A DNA stretch of 63,269 bases, counting the filler, from Polymyxa betae A26-41 (taxonomy: Eukaryota; Protista; Endomyxa: Phytomyxea): the NCBI GenBank assembly GCA_003693705.1. It is 7 parts of 7 records of this genome, joined end to end, with 100 filler letters (N's around TTAATTAATTAA, not from the genome) between each part and the next. Parts side by side here need not be neighbours in the genome. Positions count along the whole stretch, not along the records: positions 20,100 to 28,830 come from RBZT01000606.1; positions 28,931 to 41,566 come from RBZT01000157.1; 5 more parts are not named here. The stretch is one strand, 5' to 3'. Under the pieces are notes generated by a model. That model searched no databases. It worked only from the letters and a program-made list of their open reading frames with translations, and was not told the origin of the DNA. The position numbers and the translations under genes were made by a program. This document shows, one piece after another, positions 24,601 to 35,355 of this stretch (its first letter is position 1; the number at the start of each line of letters is the position of its first letter).

Positions 24601-25537
24601 GGCCAATTGTGAAATCGGCGAGAATCGTTTCTTGGAGAATAACAAACTGGACACCGACTTGCAATTCTAGGGCGAAGATGCAGTGTCCTTCTGGGCAGGA
24701 ATCCAGATATATCGGTTGTAAAGATAAAAATATATCTCGTAACAACATGGCCTTGGCTTGAATCCAGGACTTCGGGAAACTTTTGTACAATGGAATCAGT
24801 AAACCGGTTTCATGATGAAGTGCTGTTGAAAGATCCATCATATACAAGCTCACGAGCTCTTCAAAGCTCTTGGTATTGACACCTGCTCTGATACGGCAGT
24901 CGGCGAATTGCATGAGCTTGATTTTTATAGCCTCCAAATGGGCAGCACTGTCGATCCCGAGCTCCGTCATCTGATTATGCTTCACAGTTTGCAAATTCTG
25001 GAGCATGGCAAAGGTATTTGTCAGGTCCTTTTCAATACGTTCTTCGAACCGATATTTACACCTTTTTGAAATGGCAGAACCGCTCTCGCAATGGTCCACT
25101 TGGCCCATATTAAGATCGGGAAAGAGGTCATTACATGCTTGATCATCAATAGAGACGCATTCGTCCTCCACGACATCGGATGATGGAAGATCCAAGCAGA
25201 AATCATGCCCAGTTCCACTTGAATCTACAGTCTCGTCTATCATACTGCAATTTTTGGGCCTGCTGCTCTGGAATGCTGTGAGCTATTGGCAATTGCGTTT
25301 CGGTAGCTATCAGGTCGGACCCATTGTGTTAATGATTTTCACTTTTCGTACGGTCTAGGCCATATCAGCTCAAATTTTACAGCAGGATATTGTGGTGCCC
25401 TTACCGTTTGGCGACAGACTTTCGATTTCTGAATAATGTTCGTCGTCATAGTCTTGCTTCCTATGTAGTTTACATGTTCTGGGATCGCGAAGCTTGCCAT
25501 TGCAGTTATTGCTCCGACACCAACAGCGAGCTTGCAT
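21609..25537 (-). pseudogene. Multi-exon CACTA/EnSpm Tnp2-like transposase with probable frameshifts
   Basis: N-terminal CWC..NC...H; LDSCPEGHC; WPHMFSYLTLPAEHR; DLPAYAK...GACIC..SG...RFLPLKH; DFMH; LGPFVGVAWNVWSERFMRPVK; C-terminal AFVEWY. Confidence 0.8.
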
Positions 25538-25578
25538 GCCATTGCGGGTTCTCTTCGGGTTCGATATTGAAGATGAGT

Positions 25579-26549
25579 TCATCTGACAAGAAATGCCTGT
25601 GACGGGTTGCAAAGGCGATCAGAAGGTACTGGTAACCCACCAGTTATTTCATCCTGTGCAACAATCGGCATGCAAATAATGCTGAAGAAACTTAGCGAGT
25701 TCTCATCCCAGACGGCTAATTGGACATACCTCTCGCAAAGTGCTCCGTTTGCTCTCGGAATAGTCTCGAGTTCATTTCTTTCCCGTGGTTTGCAATTAGC
25801 ATCTCTAAGCCCAAACTTCGTAACGATATCGTCTGTGATGATCCCGTGCGTGGCATGGTCTCTCCACAATCGCCTAGGCCAGTACGAATCGCGGATTGTT
25901 GACAGAGACAACGATGCAACTTTAGCACGTTTTGCAAAGGAAACAGAGCATTAGATTGCGTTCGGCATCTGAGTAAATTGAACCCTTCTTTATTACCTGG
26001 CGGCGGCATACTTGCCTGGAGGTTATCGATAGCAGCAACAAATCGTAGCCTTTTTATCATACGTTCTTCATTGTGTCCGTCCGTTGTCACAATTGGAATG
26101 TCGTTTTTCGTCAGTAACTGACAAACTAAGACGCAGCGATGAGTATTGAGATCGATTTCGCTATTATGGATGGCACGCCGATGGATACGTCCATCATGCT
26201 CTTCTGTCAAAAGCTTCACTTTTGCAACTGGTTCTGAGTTCTCAACATATACTACAACAGATCCAGGAGCTGCAGACTCCATTGTAACGTCAAAAACTAT
26301 TTCCTTTTCTGCGCAGTTTTCACTCAAGCATGTTATGCCTCTTACTTCGCCACTGTGCATAGTTTCCGCTGCGACTGGTACTAACAACTCATTGTGTGGC
26401 ACATTTATTGACATGAATCTCGCAAAATGCCATGTCTGCACTCCAACAGTCCATACCGACTCCGTGCGGACTTGCGGCCTCCCTCTTCTCGCCTGTATTC
26501 ACCACTCGTTGTGAACAATTGCAAGCTGATTGTTAGCTCTCTTTAACAT
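25579..26549 (-). pseudogene. Second ORF of the CACTA-type element, unknown function (one in-frame TGA, one frameshift)
   Basis: ATG at 26549 is in frame with ORF 25716-26441; coding continues in ORF 25579-25911, just upstream of the transposase. Confidence 0.5.
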
Positions 26550-26592
26550 CGTCCGGCCCCGATAACACCACGATGATCACAGCAGGTGAGTT

Positions 26593-26719
26593 GAGGTGTA
26601 CGGTTCTCGTGCGCGAGAACCGGTCTCCTGAAATAATGGACGACCCCTCAGAATGAAGTGAAGAGGTGTAAGGCACTCGTTCGCGAGGGCCGGTCTCCTG
26701 AAATAATGGATGACCCCTC
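26593..26719 (+). repeat. Two ~57-bp direct repeats (period 70) upstream of ORF2
   Basis: GAGGTGTA...CTCGT-CGCGAG...CCGGTCTCCTGAAATAATGGA-GACCCCTC twice; the first copy has hairpin GGTTCTCG-TGCG-CGAGAACC. Confidence 0.85.
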
Positions 26720-27550
26720 TTCTCTTCACGCCTCCCAGCGGTCTATGCTGTCGTCACTACGTACGTCCTTCAATGCTCGATCTGTGGAAATGGAAAAGAG
26801 AAATACATGCTTTATCCGATGTCGGTGAAGCCAAGTGTAAAATCCATACGGCCCGCTTTAGGGTGCTTAATACCGGTGGATCTTGGTTGCTGTCGCTTAA
26901 AGCTGTAGACGCTCCTAACTATTGCCCGGAAATCGAGGAAATTGGCGCCGCCGAATATAGTATGACGGTCTGATCTGAAAATATTCAGCTCGCAAGGGTT
27001 GCTTTTTGAGAAAAGGTTAATATTTAATTTCATAGGTAAGGTACTCCCGCTTAGGTTTCTCAATTGTCCAAACCACTATCAAGAACTCAGGCACCATATG
27101 ATCTATTCACCGAAGACACTTCGTGAGCGCAGTTCTCCGATTGTGTGCTGTATATATATTTTTTCTTAAAACTGTCGATTATTTCTATGTAACAATATCT
27201 TCATTTTGAGCGAAATCGAGTGCCATTTGTTGCATAATACTGCATACTATAGCATTGTAATTCCATGCTTTCTTCCTGATTTACCTTGCGAAGTTACTGT
27301 GTTTCTGCGCATTCGGTGAATTGCTTTATCCTGCTTTGACTTCTGCCAATTCCTGTTTCCGCCACGAAAAAAATCTGCGTTCCGTAACCTGCAAATTTTG
27401 TGGGGACTTTTGCAGGTAACAAAGACGGTAAAAGCGGGTCCGCACAGTTCCGGTGCATGAGACAAACGACACAGAACGTTCTGTAGCCGTACTAGCTCAA
27501 GTCTACTCTACAACCCTAACCTTAACCCTACCCCTACAACCATCGTCATC

Positions 27551-28830
27551 ATGAACAGCGTCGTCCAGAGCCGTGAACTCGTTCCATACTACAACGAGGA
27601 CTCTTCCACGGAGACATGCTCTATTCCGGACTTCGCTATGCGAGTCCATGACGATGATGATAACAGTGTAACGTTATCATCAACCACCGATGTTTCGGTA
27701 GACGCCAGCGTAACGAGCGTCGATGCATCCAATGGACCTGATGTAACGTGATTGGCGGAGAATCGGCCCTCTGGCCAAGTGCTCATGCAAGCCAACAGCG
27801 CGCCTACGTTAAGGCGGACCGATACAAACGACATTTTCAGGTTCTTGCGCAAGTATGCGTTGTATCGGCAGAACATTGAGGACGTCAATGCTGAGTCCGT
27901 GGTTAAGATAACTCCGCGGACTGCCAAGTCAAAAATGTTCGACCCGGTTTTATTATCGACGCTTATGAAGTATGAGCGGGACTGGAGATCCGTCGGAACG
28001 GCTTTATGTGACTCGTTCCTGCTACGATGGCTGAAGAAGCAGCAGGGCAGCGGCACTTCGAGCCAGCATTCTCTTTCCAAGATTATGCGTGATAATCTGA
28101 AGATGGATCGGATCTTCGGATCTCGGCGTCTGCAGCTCGTGTTCATGACCTACAACGCCAAGTCGAACCGCTGACGACTGAAAACAATTGGGACGGCCTC
28201 TTCGCAACGCCGGCTGGAAAGAAGAACCTTGTCAATTCCTGATTGAGGCCGTACAACCCCCTAGCTTCCGAAACTACATGAAGAATGTGGTTAATGTGTC
28301 GATGCCTCACCTGCGGCAGGATCCCGAGGCTTTCTTCGACACACTGAATCCCAAGACCAAGGTATTCGATGAGATGATTCGATGGGTCAGGACATGGGAG
28401 TCCGTAGTGCGGCGACCAAGGAGCCGAAACGGAAACGTGGAGGCGATGATCGTAAGGGCAAGGATAAGAAGGCCAAAACCGATCGGCACGAGGTCAATTT
28501 ATGTCAAAATGTCCGCAGAAGCCTTCGAAAGAGGAGCAAGAACTTCTCTTGAAGAAGCATCGCGCACAGACTTCGATGAAATCTTCGGATAATAAACATT
28601 CGAAGTCGACTTACGTTTTTGTGAACAGAATCGAAAGTAGTCAATGCAGCGACTCGATTTCTATAGACGTAAAAACTGCCAATGAACATTTAGTGTTTAA
28701 AGGCATCTTGGATAGTGGAGCGGAAGCTACTATAGTGCCAATGAAATTCGCACAACGGATACTAGAAGTAGACAGCGAAGTAGTGATGTCGAAACTAGAC
28801 CCTCCAATTACTGTGGAGTTACCTAACGGA
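27551..28830 (+). pseudogene. Ty3/Gypsy gag and aspartic protease, degenerate, cut by the contig end
   Basis: Protist-type gag (APTLRRTD..IFRFLRKY, LKMD, FLIEAVQPPSFR) and protease GILDSGAEATIVP. Confidence 0.8.
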
Positions 28831-28930
28831 NNNNNNNNNNNNNNNNNNNNNNNNNNNNNNNNNNNNNNNNNNNNTTAATTAATTAANNNNNNNNNNNNNN
28901 NNNNNNNNNNNNNNNNNNNNNNNNNNNNNN
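28831..28930. other. Artificial contig spacer
   Basis: N-run + TTAATTAATTAA + N-run. Confidence 0.98.
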
Positions 28931-29094
28931 GATTCCACCAGATTCTGCTCAATCGGTACAGATAGCGTGAAGGGTAGTTGCAGTTGTTGATATGATACAA
29001 TCATTAACGAGACGACGATGAGAGTGAATGCAAATAATGCGATCACCTTCTGAACCTGAGCATTTCTACAGGATAGAGAGGAAGATGCCAGCAT
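28931..29094 (-). CDS. N-terminus of a probable type II membrane protein, cut by the contig end
   Basis: Short tail, then hydrophobic VIALFAFTLIVVSLMIVSY; open to the gap. Confidence 0.4.
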
Positions 29095-29586
29095 TACGAG
29101 CTATCTATTCGCTCTCAGATTGGACCACGAAAATCATGTTTTGGTTCGTTATCGTATCACTATAGACAGCTTGACAGTGACTCACGACAAGCATTGTTCT
29201 CGGTCATCTTTCTGTCCAATTCCATCATGTATTGACTCATCGATCTCAGCTCCAATGACTCTGAGGATGATGTTCATAATCAAACAGTGATTGATTTCCT
29301 GTGAGATGTTCAGTCGTACAGCTGCTTGAGTTTAAATTCACTTAAGATATAAGTTTGCCTCAACATATATTGGCGGTATTGGCCTTAAATCGCTTTCTGA
29401 CGTTCATTTCTCCTGCCTTACTGTTTTATGCAGGCAGAAAGACCCTCTATAGAGACCACCTTGGCTGATGCCATTCATTGGCTGTATTATGATTGTGATA
29501 AATATCATGATTTATGGGAAAGTTTCTCAACACAGAATGGTCCGTGTATATTCCAGATATCACTGTATGACTGTATAACTGATACG

Positions 29587-29882
29587 GTCGGTGGAGGGGT
29601 TTTGTATCAATTATATGCGAGTATCAATTATAAATATCAGTTATAAGCCATAAAACGCATGTCGGTGGACGCGATTCCTATCGATTATAAGCGAGAATTA
29701 GTTATAAATAACAAATTTCATACAATTTTTAGAGTCGGTGGAAGGGTTTTGTATAAATTATAAGCGAGTATTATATTAGCAATATCAGTTATAAGTCATC
29801 GAACGCATGTCGGTGGACTCCTTCCCTATCAGTTATAAGCGAGAATCAGTTATCAGAAAATCAATTATAAGAGAGTCTACGG
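29587..29882. repeat. Internally duplicated MITE-like end with TATAAGCGAG repeats
   Basis: Two ~145-bp direct units starting GTCGGTGGA; ends AGAGAGTCTACGG, a terminus also seen at ~31940 and 41398. Confidence 0.65.
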
Positions 29883-30050
29883 TTTGACATCCAGTCATGA
29901 AAACATCACAATACGTAAATAATATCAGAACGACATTGGTAGTGACAAAAACCGTTGTGTTAGGGTTTCTTCAATTAGCACGGTTATGTGCTTGCATTTA
30001 TTCCAGATAGAATCACAGAGATGCCGTTTTAAGCAGTCAGGTGGATGACT

Positions 30051-30366
30051 GAACGACTCTCTCTTTTTCGAAGGAGTATGGATCATGTGCTAAAGGGGTA
30101 TGAGCGCCAGACGCAATGCTAACCCTCCCAGCTGGCTAATGTAAAGGTGACGAGACAATGGTAGAACCTCAAGTTTGTATTGTTACGGATCGAGAGATGA
30201 GAATCAAAGAGCCCCATAAAAATCTCATCTGACATATATGGGGCTGCGCCGCCATGTCATTGATGTCGTTGTAGAGAATCCATAGAACAATATCCGTAAA
30301 TTGTAACATTATCGGGCTTATATGGAGATGTTATACAGAGTGTCGTTATATAGAGGGAGCACTGTA
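30051..30366 (+). repeat. Dispersed ~315-bp repeat, copy 1 (pogo/Tc1-like end ...CACTG|TA)
   Basis: Aligns by eye along its length with 42306-42619. Confidence 0.85.
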
Positions 30367-30493
30367 TCACGTTTTTGAAAACGAATATTGATGTCGTTGC
30401 ATGAATTAAAACTTTTCATATCACTTCGAAACCAGGAATTTCTACTGTACTGTACCTAGCAACATTGTGGGTTGCGCCGACTGGTGTGCGTGA

Positions 30494-31630
30494 ATGGACG
30501 GGAGCGCAGCCTGTTTCTGCAATGCCTTGGCCCAAGTCGTCCTATATGGCGGTCTTGTAGTGAGTCACTCGTCTAACCAGGATATCTCCGGGCGTAGTTC
30601 CGCCTCTTTAAACATTCAAATGAACTCCATCACACTCAAGGTGGCCGAGCGACGACCGATCTTGTCGATCTCCGAGTCGCCCGAACGCCGCACCGCGTCC
30701 CGCTGCACCCAGCGTCCGCTGATCTCGGTCTTGGCCGTCGTACTGGCTCTGGCCGTGTCGACGTGCATCTTGAGCCCATATTTGCTGGTTTCACGCCCGG
30801 AGTCGCCGAAGCAGAACGCGCACACGCCGCAATATGCTCGGGGCCAGCTCGTCCGCCTGGCGGCGTTGAAGCGAACGGCGGCCGTCGATCGGTACTGCGA
30901 CCAGGTACCGGTCGTCGCCCATGTCCGCGAGTTCTTCCAATCGGATGAAACGCCGACCCGATCCAGTGAGATCATCAGCGCCCTATCACAGACTATGCGT
31001 AACAATATCTGTGCCCGATTCGTGCTGGTCGTCTCGGACCCCGAATATCTGACCGAAATTCGCCGCATCCAGGCCCAGTACGACGTCGATGTGGACATGT
31101 GGCTGACGCCGGCTGAGCTCACCTATGATATGTTGATGCTGGCGACACAGAAGACGGACCCGCGCGGCATCTTCGTGATTAGTACGGCGGATGTGGTGAT
31201 TCCGGATACGACGCCGCTGCTGAGCGCGTGTCCGAAGGCGCTCTCGGATGCCGCCAACCTGATGGCTGTATCGAGACGTGACATCGCCGGCAATGATTGT
31301 AACAAGTACAAGTCGTTGGGAAGCGCCGATGTGTTCATCGGTAACGCTACGATGATCAACGATTTCGTGTTACGGAACACACGTTTCTCACCATGTTACT
31401 GGGGTGTTGAGAATGTTGTTATGTGGACTCTGTTACACGGACATAGTTATGTATATAATCTTTGTCCGTATCTCGATGTTGTTCATCATCATGCAACACG
31501 AAGTGCGAAAAGTTCCACTGAAAGAATACGAGTCAGTCATGTAGATAATTCATTGGGAAGTTGGAGACCTGATCTATCTGAAATATGTGATATCGATATG
31601 TTGGAGCTGAAATATCCCAAAAATTACTAA
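30494..31630 (+). CDS. Intronless type II membrane protein, putative glycosyltransferase-like (likely start 30620)
   Basis: Single N-terminal TM helix; R..EI, LTY, ISTADV, AVSR, SADVFI, WGVENV, VYNLC...HHH motif series. Confidence 0.6.
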   Translation: MDGSAACFCNALAQVVLYGGLVVSHSSNQDISGRSSASLNIQMNSITLKVAERRPILSISESPERRTASRCTQRPLISVLAVVLALAVSTCILSPYLLVSRPESPKQNAHTPQYARGQLVRLAALKRTAAVDRYCDQVPVVAHVREFFQSDETPTRSSEIISALSQTMRNNICARFVLVVSDPEYLTEIRRIQAQYDVDVDMWLTPAELTYDMLMLATQKTDPRGIFVISTADVVIPDTTPLLSACPKALSDAANLMAVSRRDIAGNDCNKYKSLGSADVFIGNATMINDFVLRNTRFSPCYWGVENVVMWTLLHGHSYVYNLCPYLDVVHHHATRSAKSSTERIRVSHVDNSLGSWRPDLSEICDIDMLELKYPKNY

Positions 31631-32364
31631 ATCAATGTGAATTCTGTCACTCTGCTGTCATTTCATTGAAATGTTTTCTCTTCCAGGTCTCAAGCGATAG
31701 AATGTTTGGAGATTCTTTTGTGTTTTATGCAGCTACGTAAATCTAAACTTATATAGTGGCAGAATTGAGAAGAGATCCCGAAATGTTTGCTGAAAGCTGG
31801 ACGCAGTGATTGTACGATCTTAAAATCTGATTGCCGGTAATAACCTTTCATATTAATTTCTTCTCATTAACTGGTCTATTTTATACCAAAAATCGAATCT
31901 TTGAACAAATGATACTTTTGAAAATAAAGAGAGTCTACGGTATGGAATTGAGCAGTTCTGGATGTCGCAATTTTTCCTGCGTATAACTTTCTGCGAATAA
32001 ACTGCGTCAATTGTTTGTTTTTTTAAACCTTTTTGTTTTGATATTTCAACTTGATCATGTATTGCGCCTTTCAAATATTTTGTCCAAATCCCATCCAATA
32101 GGACCACATCAGGGAAACTGCGTGGCCTGATTAAAAATTGCGAGACCCGATTTAGTTTTGACCCGGAGGTCTTTTAGATCACGCTTTCTGACAGCGTTTT
32201 GACTGCTAGCGCTGCAAAAACCCCATTTTTATTTTATAAAAAGGCTCAGTTTGATAAACTAGGGCAATTTGACCCTTTCGCCGTGGGGTCAGAAGGAGAG
32301 CTCGTCCTGGTTTAAATCCAGCGTCCGTAGTCTCTCCGAGATCTGGCTTTACTGCTGTGGCCGA

Positions 32365-33396
32365 ATGTGGAGCAAGGACATGCGCTGGAGAGCTTTAGTG
32401 TTCCATTACGTCTATGGAACTTCGCTGGTAAACTGTGCTCTGATTCTCGGGCCCAGCGAAAAAAGTATCAAACGCTGGATGCGCCTCTTTGAGCTAGTTG
32501 GAGACGTCTTTTCCGGATTACCTCGACAGCGCTCAGCTCGATGGCCGGAAGGAGTCTACATTTTCGTCGAAGACTATATCGAACAACACCCATGTTTCTA
32601 TATTCAGGAACTTCAGGATGATCTCTCCAACGCCTTTCCGGATGTCACGAATATCTCCGTTCCGACGATATGTAGGGCGCTTCGTCACGATCTGAAAATA
32701 ACAAGGAAGGTCCTAGAAAAGAGAGCTCGAGAACGCGTTCCTGAACAGCTTAAAGAATTTTATTTTAAACTCCGACCGGTGTATTCATATCCGGAGCAGC
32801 TGGTTTTTATCGATGAAAGCAGTAAAGACGGTAGGGACTGTTTACGGCGGTATGGATGGTCTCGGGTTAATACCCCAGCGATTGTTCATCAGTCTTTCCA
32901 AAGAGGAGCCCGAGTTTCGATATTGGCCGCGTTCGACACGTCCGGATTCTTTGCTTGGGAGACAACTCCGGACACCTTTACAAGACAGAAATTCCACGAT
33001 GCGTTTCTACGGACTATTTGTCCGTTTCTACAACCGTGGCCGATGCCTAGGAGCATTGATATTCTTGACAATGCCAAAATCCATATGTATCGTGAACTGG
33101 AAGAGGCGGTCCATAAATGTGGAGCTCTGATAATCTACCTTCCACCGTATTCTCCACAGCTGAACCCCATTGAGAAGGGATTTGGTTTACTAAAGCGTTG
33201 GCTGACAAAAAATGCAGATCTTGTCTTTAGGCTTTGTCCTGATAAGGTTTTGCAGGCTGCAATGCCGCTCTGCACAAATTTTCGTGTGCAAGGCCACAAT
33301 TTTTATGAATCCTGTGGCTATGTGTCACGGGCTGCGCCCATGACAGCAGACAAGAGGCCACGTCAAGACCAACCCTGCGCGGCCTGCGCAGTTTAG
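32365..33396 (+). CDS. IS630/Tc1-family DD34E transposase; native C-terminus displaced by a solo LTR at 33323
   Basis: N-terminal HTH, FIDES, DNAKIH, LPPYSPQLNPIE; 34 residues between the second D and E. Confidence 0.92.
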   Translation: MWSKDMRWRALVFHYVYGTSLVNCALILGPSEKSIKRWMRLFELVGDVFSGLPRQRSARWPEGVYIFVEDYIEQHPCFYIQELQDDLSNAFPDVTNISVPTICRALRHDLKITRKVLEKRARERVPEQLKEFYFKLRPVYSYPEQLVFIDESSKDGRDCLRRYGWSRVNTPAIVHQSFQRGARVSILAAFDTSGFFAWETTPDTFTRQKFHDAFLRTICPFLQPWPMPRSIDILDNAKIHMYRELEEAVHKCGALIIYLPPYSPQLNPIEKGFGLLKRWLTKNADLVFRLCPDKVLQAAMPLCTNFRVQGHNFYESCGYVSRAAPMTADKRPRQDQPCAACAV

Positions 33397-33646
33397 GTAC
33401 TATCAACTCATTGGAACTGATATGGCCAGGTGAGACATGTGGAACATTCTTGAAGCAGTCGCGCGGAAGATATGCTGGCATGGAAACCCGCCAAGTGCCG
33501 TAGCCACCCTGGAACCTTCCACGGTGGTATAAAAGGGGCGGCTGACGCCGCACATACGTCATTCCGATTAGGTCTTCCCATAATACACATCACAAGTTCA
33601 GCCTTAGTCTAAGACATCTCCGATATCTGTATCCTTGCCCCTTACA
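33323..33646. mobile_element. Solo LTR, 324 bp, with perfect 5-bp target duplication CTATG
   Basis: CTATG|TGTCACGG...CCCCTTACA|CTATG; internal TATAAAA. Confidence 0.92.
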
Positions 33647-33692
33647 CTATGGAGAGACAGATTTAATAAAGGAGAATTTTTTTGTTTATTTA

Positions 33693-34595
33693 TCAGACAT
33701 TATCCGAAAGCTGATGGTCGACGTCGGGAATATCATGGCTGAGAGCCGTCGCTATGGGAGCGTCATCAGGGTTGAAGATTTCCCTTGCGAATAAAGGGTA
33801 AGGAGGTAGGCCTAATGCCTTTCGCAAAGTGGGATAGGCAGCCGAATCGTCCCAGGTTGAGTAGTCAGGACTTCAAATGGGACATCCATATATTCCTCCA
33901 GTTGGTTCTGTTGTGGAATCGTCTCACGTTGATAGTCAAGACGCAACGCCTGCCGAAAAACGTTTGACACCGGCAACTCTGGATGCGGATCCGGATTAGG
34001 ATTTCTAGCACTGACGCGACCAGACGTTCATAGCCACATCTCCGATTCGTTCATTTTCTGCCAGCGTCGGTGAATCGTCCCGAAGGCGGGCATAAATTTC
34101 TTCTGTGGCTGAAGTGATTCGAGCGACAGTCGCTCTTCGAAGCGAACATGACGTTGTCGTTCCCGGACGTGTTCCTGTGGATCCGGGCTGATCATCGATA
34201 TAGACAACAAACGGAATTCTAACATTCTCTGGTCTTGCCTTCTGACAAATTATAGCATTTTTGTAGACTGGTCGGACGTCAGAATCAAAATTGCCTTCGT
34301 TCATCAGAATAAATTTGCTCTGTCTCGCATCGTTTGAGGGCCTCATTTTGAATTTCACGTTGGCCAACGAATTCGCAATGTTGACAGGCAGTGTTGATCG
34401 CAAATGCTGCACAATTATGGCATGTGCGACACAGTAGCCTTGAGAGAGGCTGAACTTGATGTCATCTGATTCGGCTGCATTGAAGCGAATTCGGCGGCTT
34501 CGTTCATCACTACCGCGATATACGATAAGGCTAGCAGACATTTGATCTGGGATCACGAGCGGCATCACAAAAATTGGAAGGAAAGCTATCGACAC
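33693..34595 (-). pseudogene. Unknown protein convergent on the IS630 transposase (frameshifted)
   Basis: ORF 34005-34595 continues in shifted frames as PVSNVFRQALRLD...EYMDVPF...LRKALGLPPYPLF...DIPDVDH to a stop at 33693. Confidence 0.55.
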
Positions 34596-35355
34596 TGATC
34601 AGACATTCAGACGAACGGAAAGTGACTCATCGGCCAGGTACATTGCAGTTCTTTTATTTAGATTCGAATCTATAAAATTAAATCGGTCTTTAATGACCCT
34701 TTTCTGAGCCCACAATAATGATAGGAGCCACGGACCCCATTTTAAGAATGTGCGTAGCCAGATTTACCATGGCCTCTCTATGGACAAAAAATTTGAAAGG
34801 CGCAATATATTGTATTCTAACGAATCTGCCGTGATAGTTGGCCTTCTAATAGACCACGCCTTCCGCCTCCATTCGCTGTGTCTCCGATTAGTACGCTCTG
34901 CCTTCTTGGCAGTCGTGATCGTAGCCTGGACTGATGAAGTAGTCGAGACTACGAAAGCGGTGTGAACGCAGATGGAATGAAAACAGAGTGACTGTATTAT
35001 ATCGTGTACATCCGGGCCAGTACGCCCGGGCGACAGTAAAGATGAGCAGGAAATTAGCGTGAGTGCGCCGTGGCGGAAGAGGACTGGACAGCATTGAGGT
35101 CGCCGGGAAGGTGAGACGCGGCCTCCGACTCATCTCGCCCTCGACATGGACGTCTCTCTGAAATCTGTCACTCTTTGTATAATCTGGCAGATACATCTTC
35201 TCTGCAGAGATTTAATCAAGCAAAAGGTACCTGAGATTTATGCCGTCATTTGTTGATTAATTGTTTCCTGATTAAACATACAGATTGTTCACGGATTCAA
35301 GCTCCGATCTATAGGAAAGTTGGATTGGATCTGACTAGTTTGTTGATTGTCTGTT

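Larger units (their letters stand above)
20410..27455 (-). mobile_element. Apparently full-length CACTA/EnSpm (CMC)-type DNA transposon, 7046 bp
   Basis: Inverted termini CACCGGAACTGCGC (20410) and GCACAGTTCCGGTG (ends 27455), 13/14 match; AAAAAATCTGC and AACCTGCAAA subterminal motifs at both ends; Tnp2-like transposase inside. Confidence 0.85.

Noticed and set aside
33396-34595. Fanzor/TnpB next to the IS630 transposase
   Set aside because: No RuvC D-E-D motifs or CxxC zinc ribbon in the adjacent ORF, or anywhere else I could see
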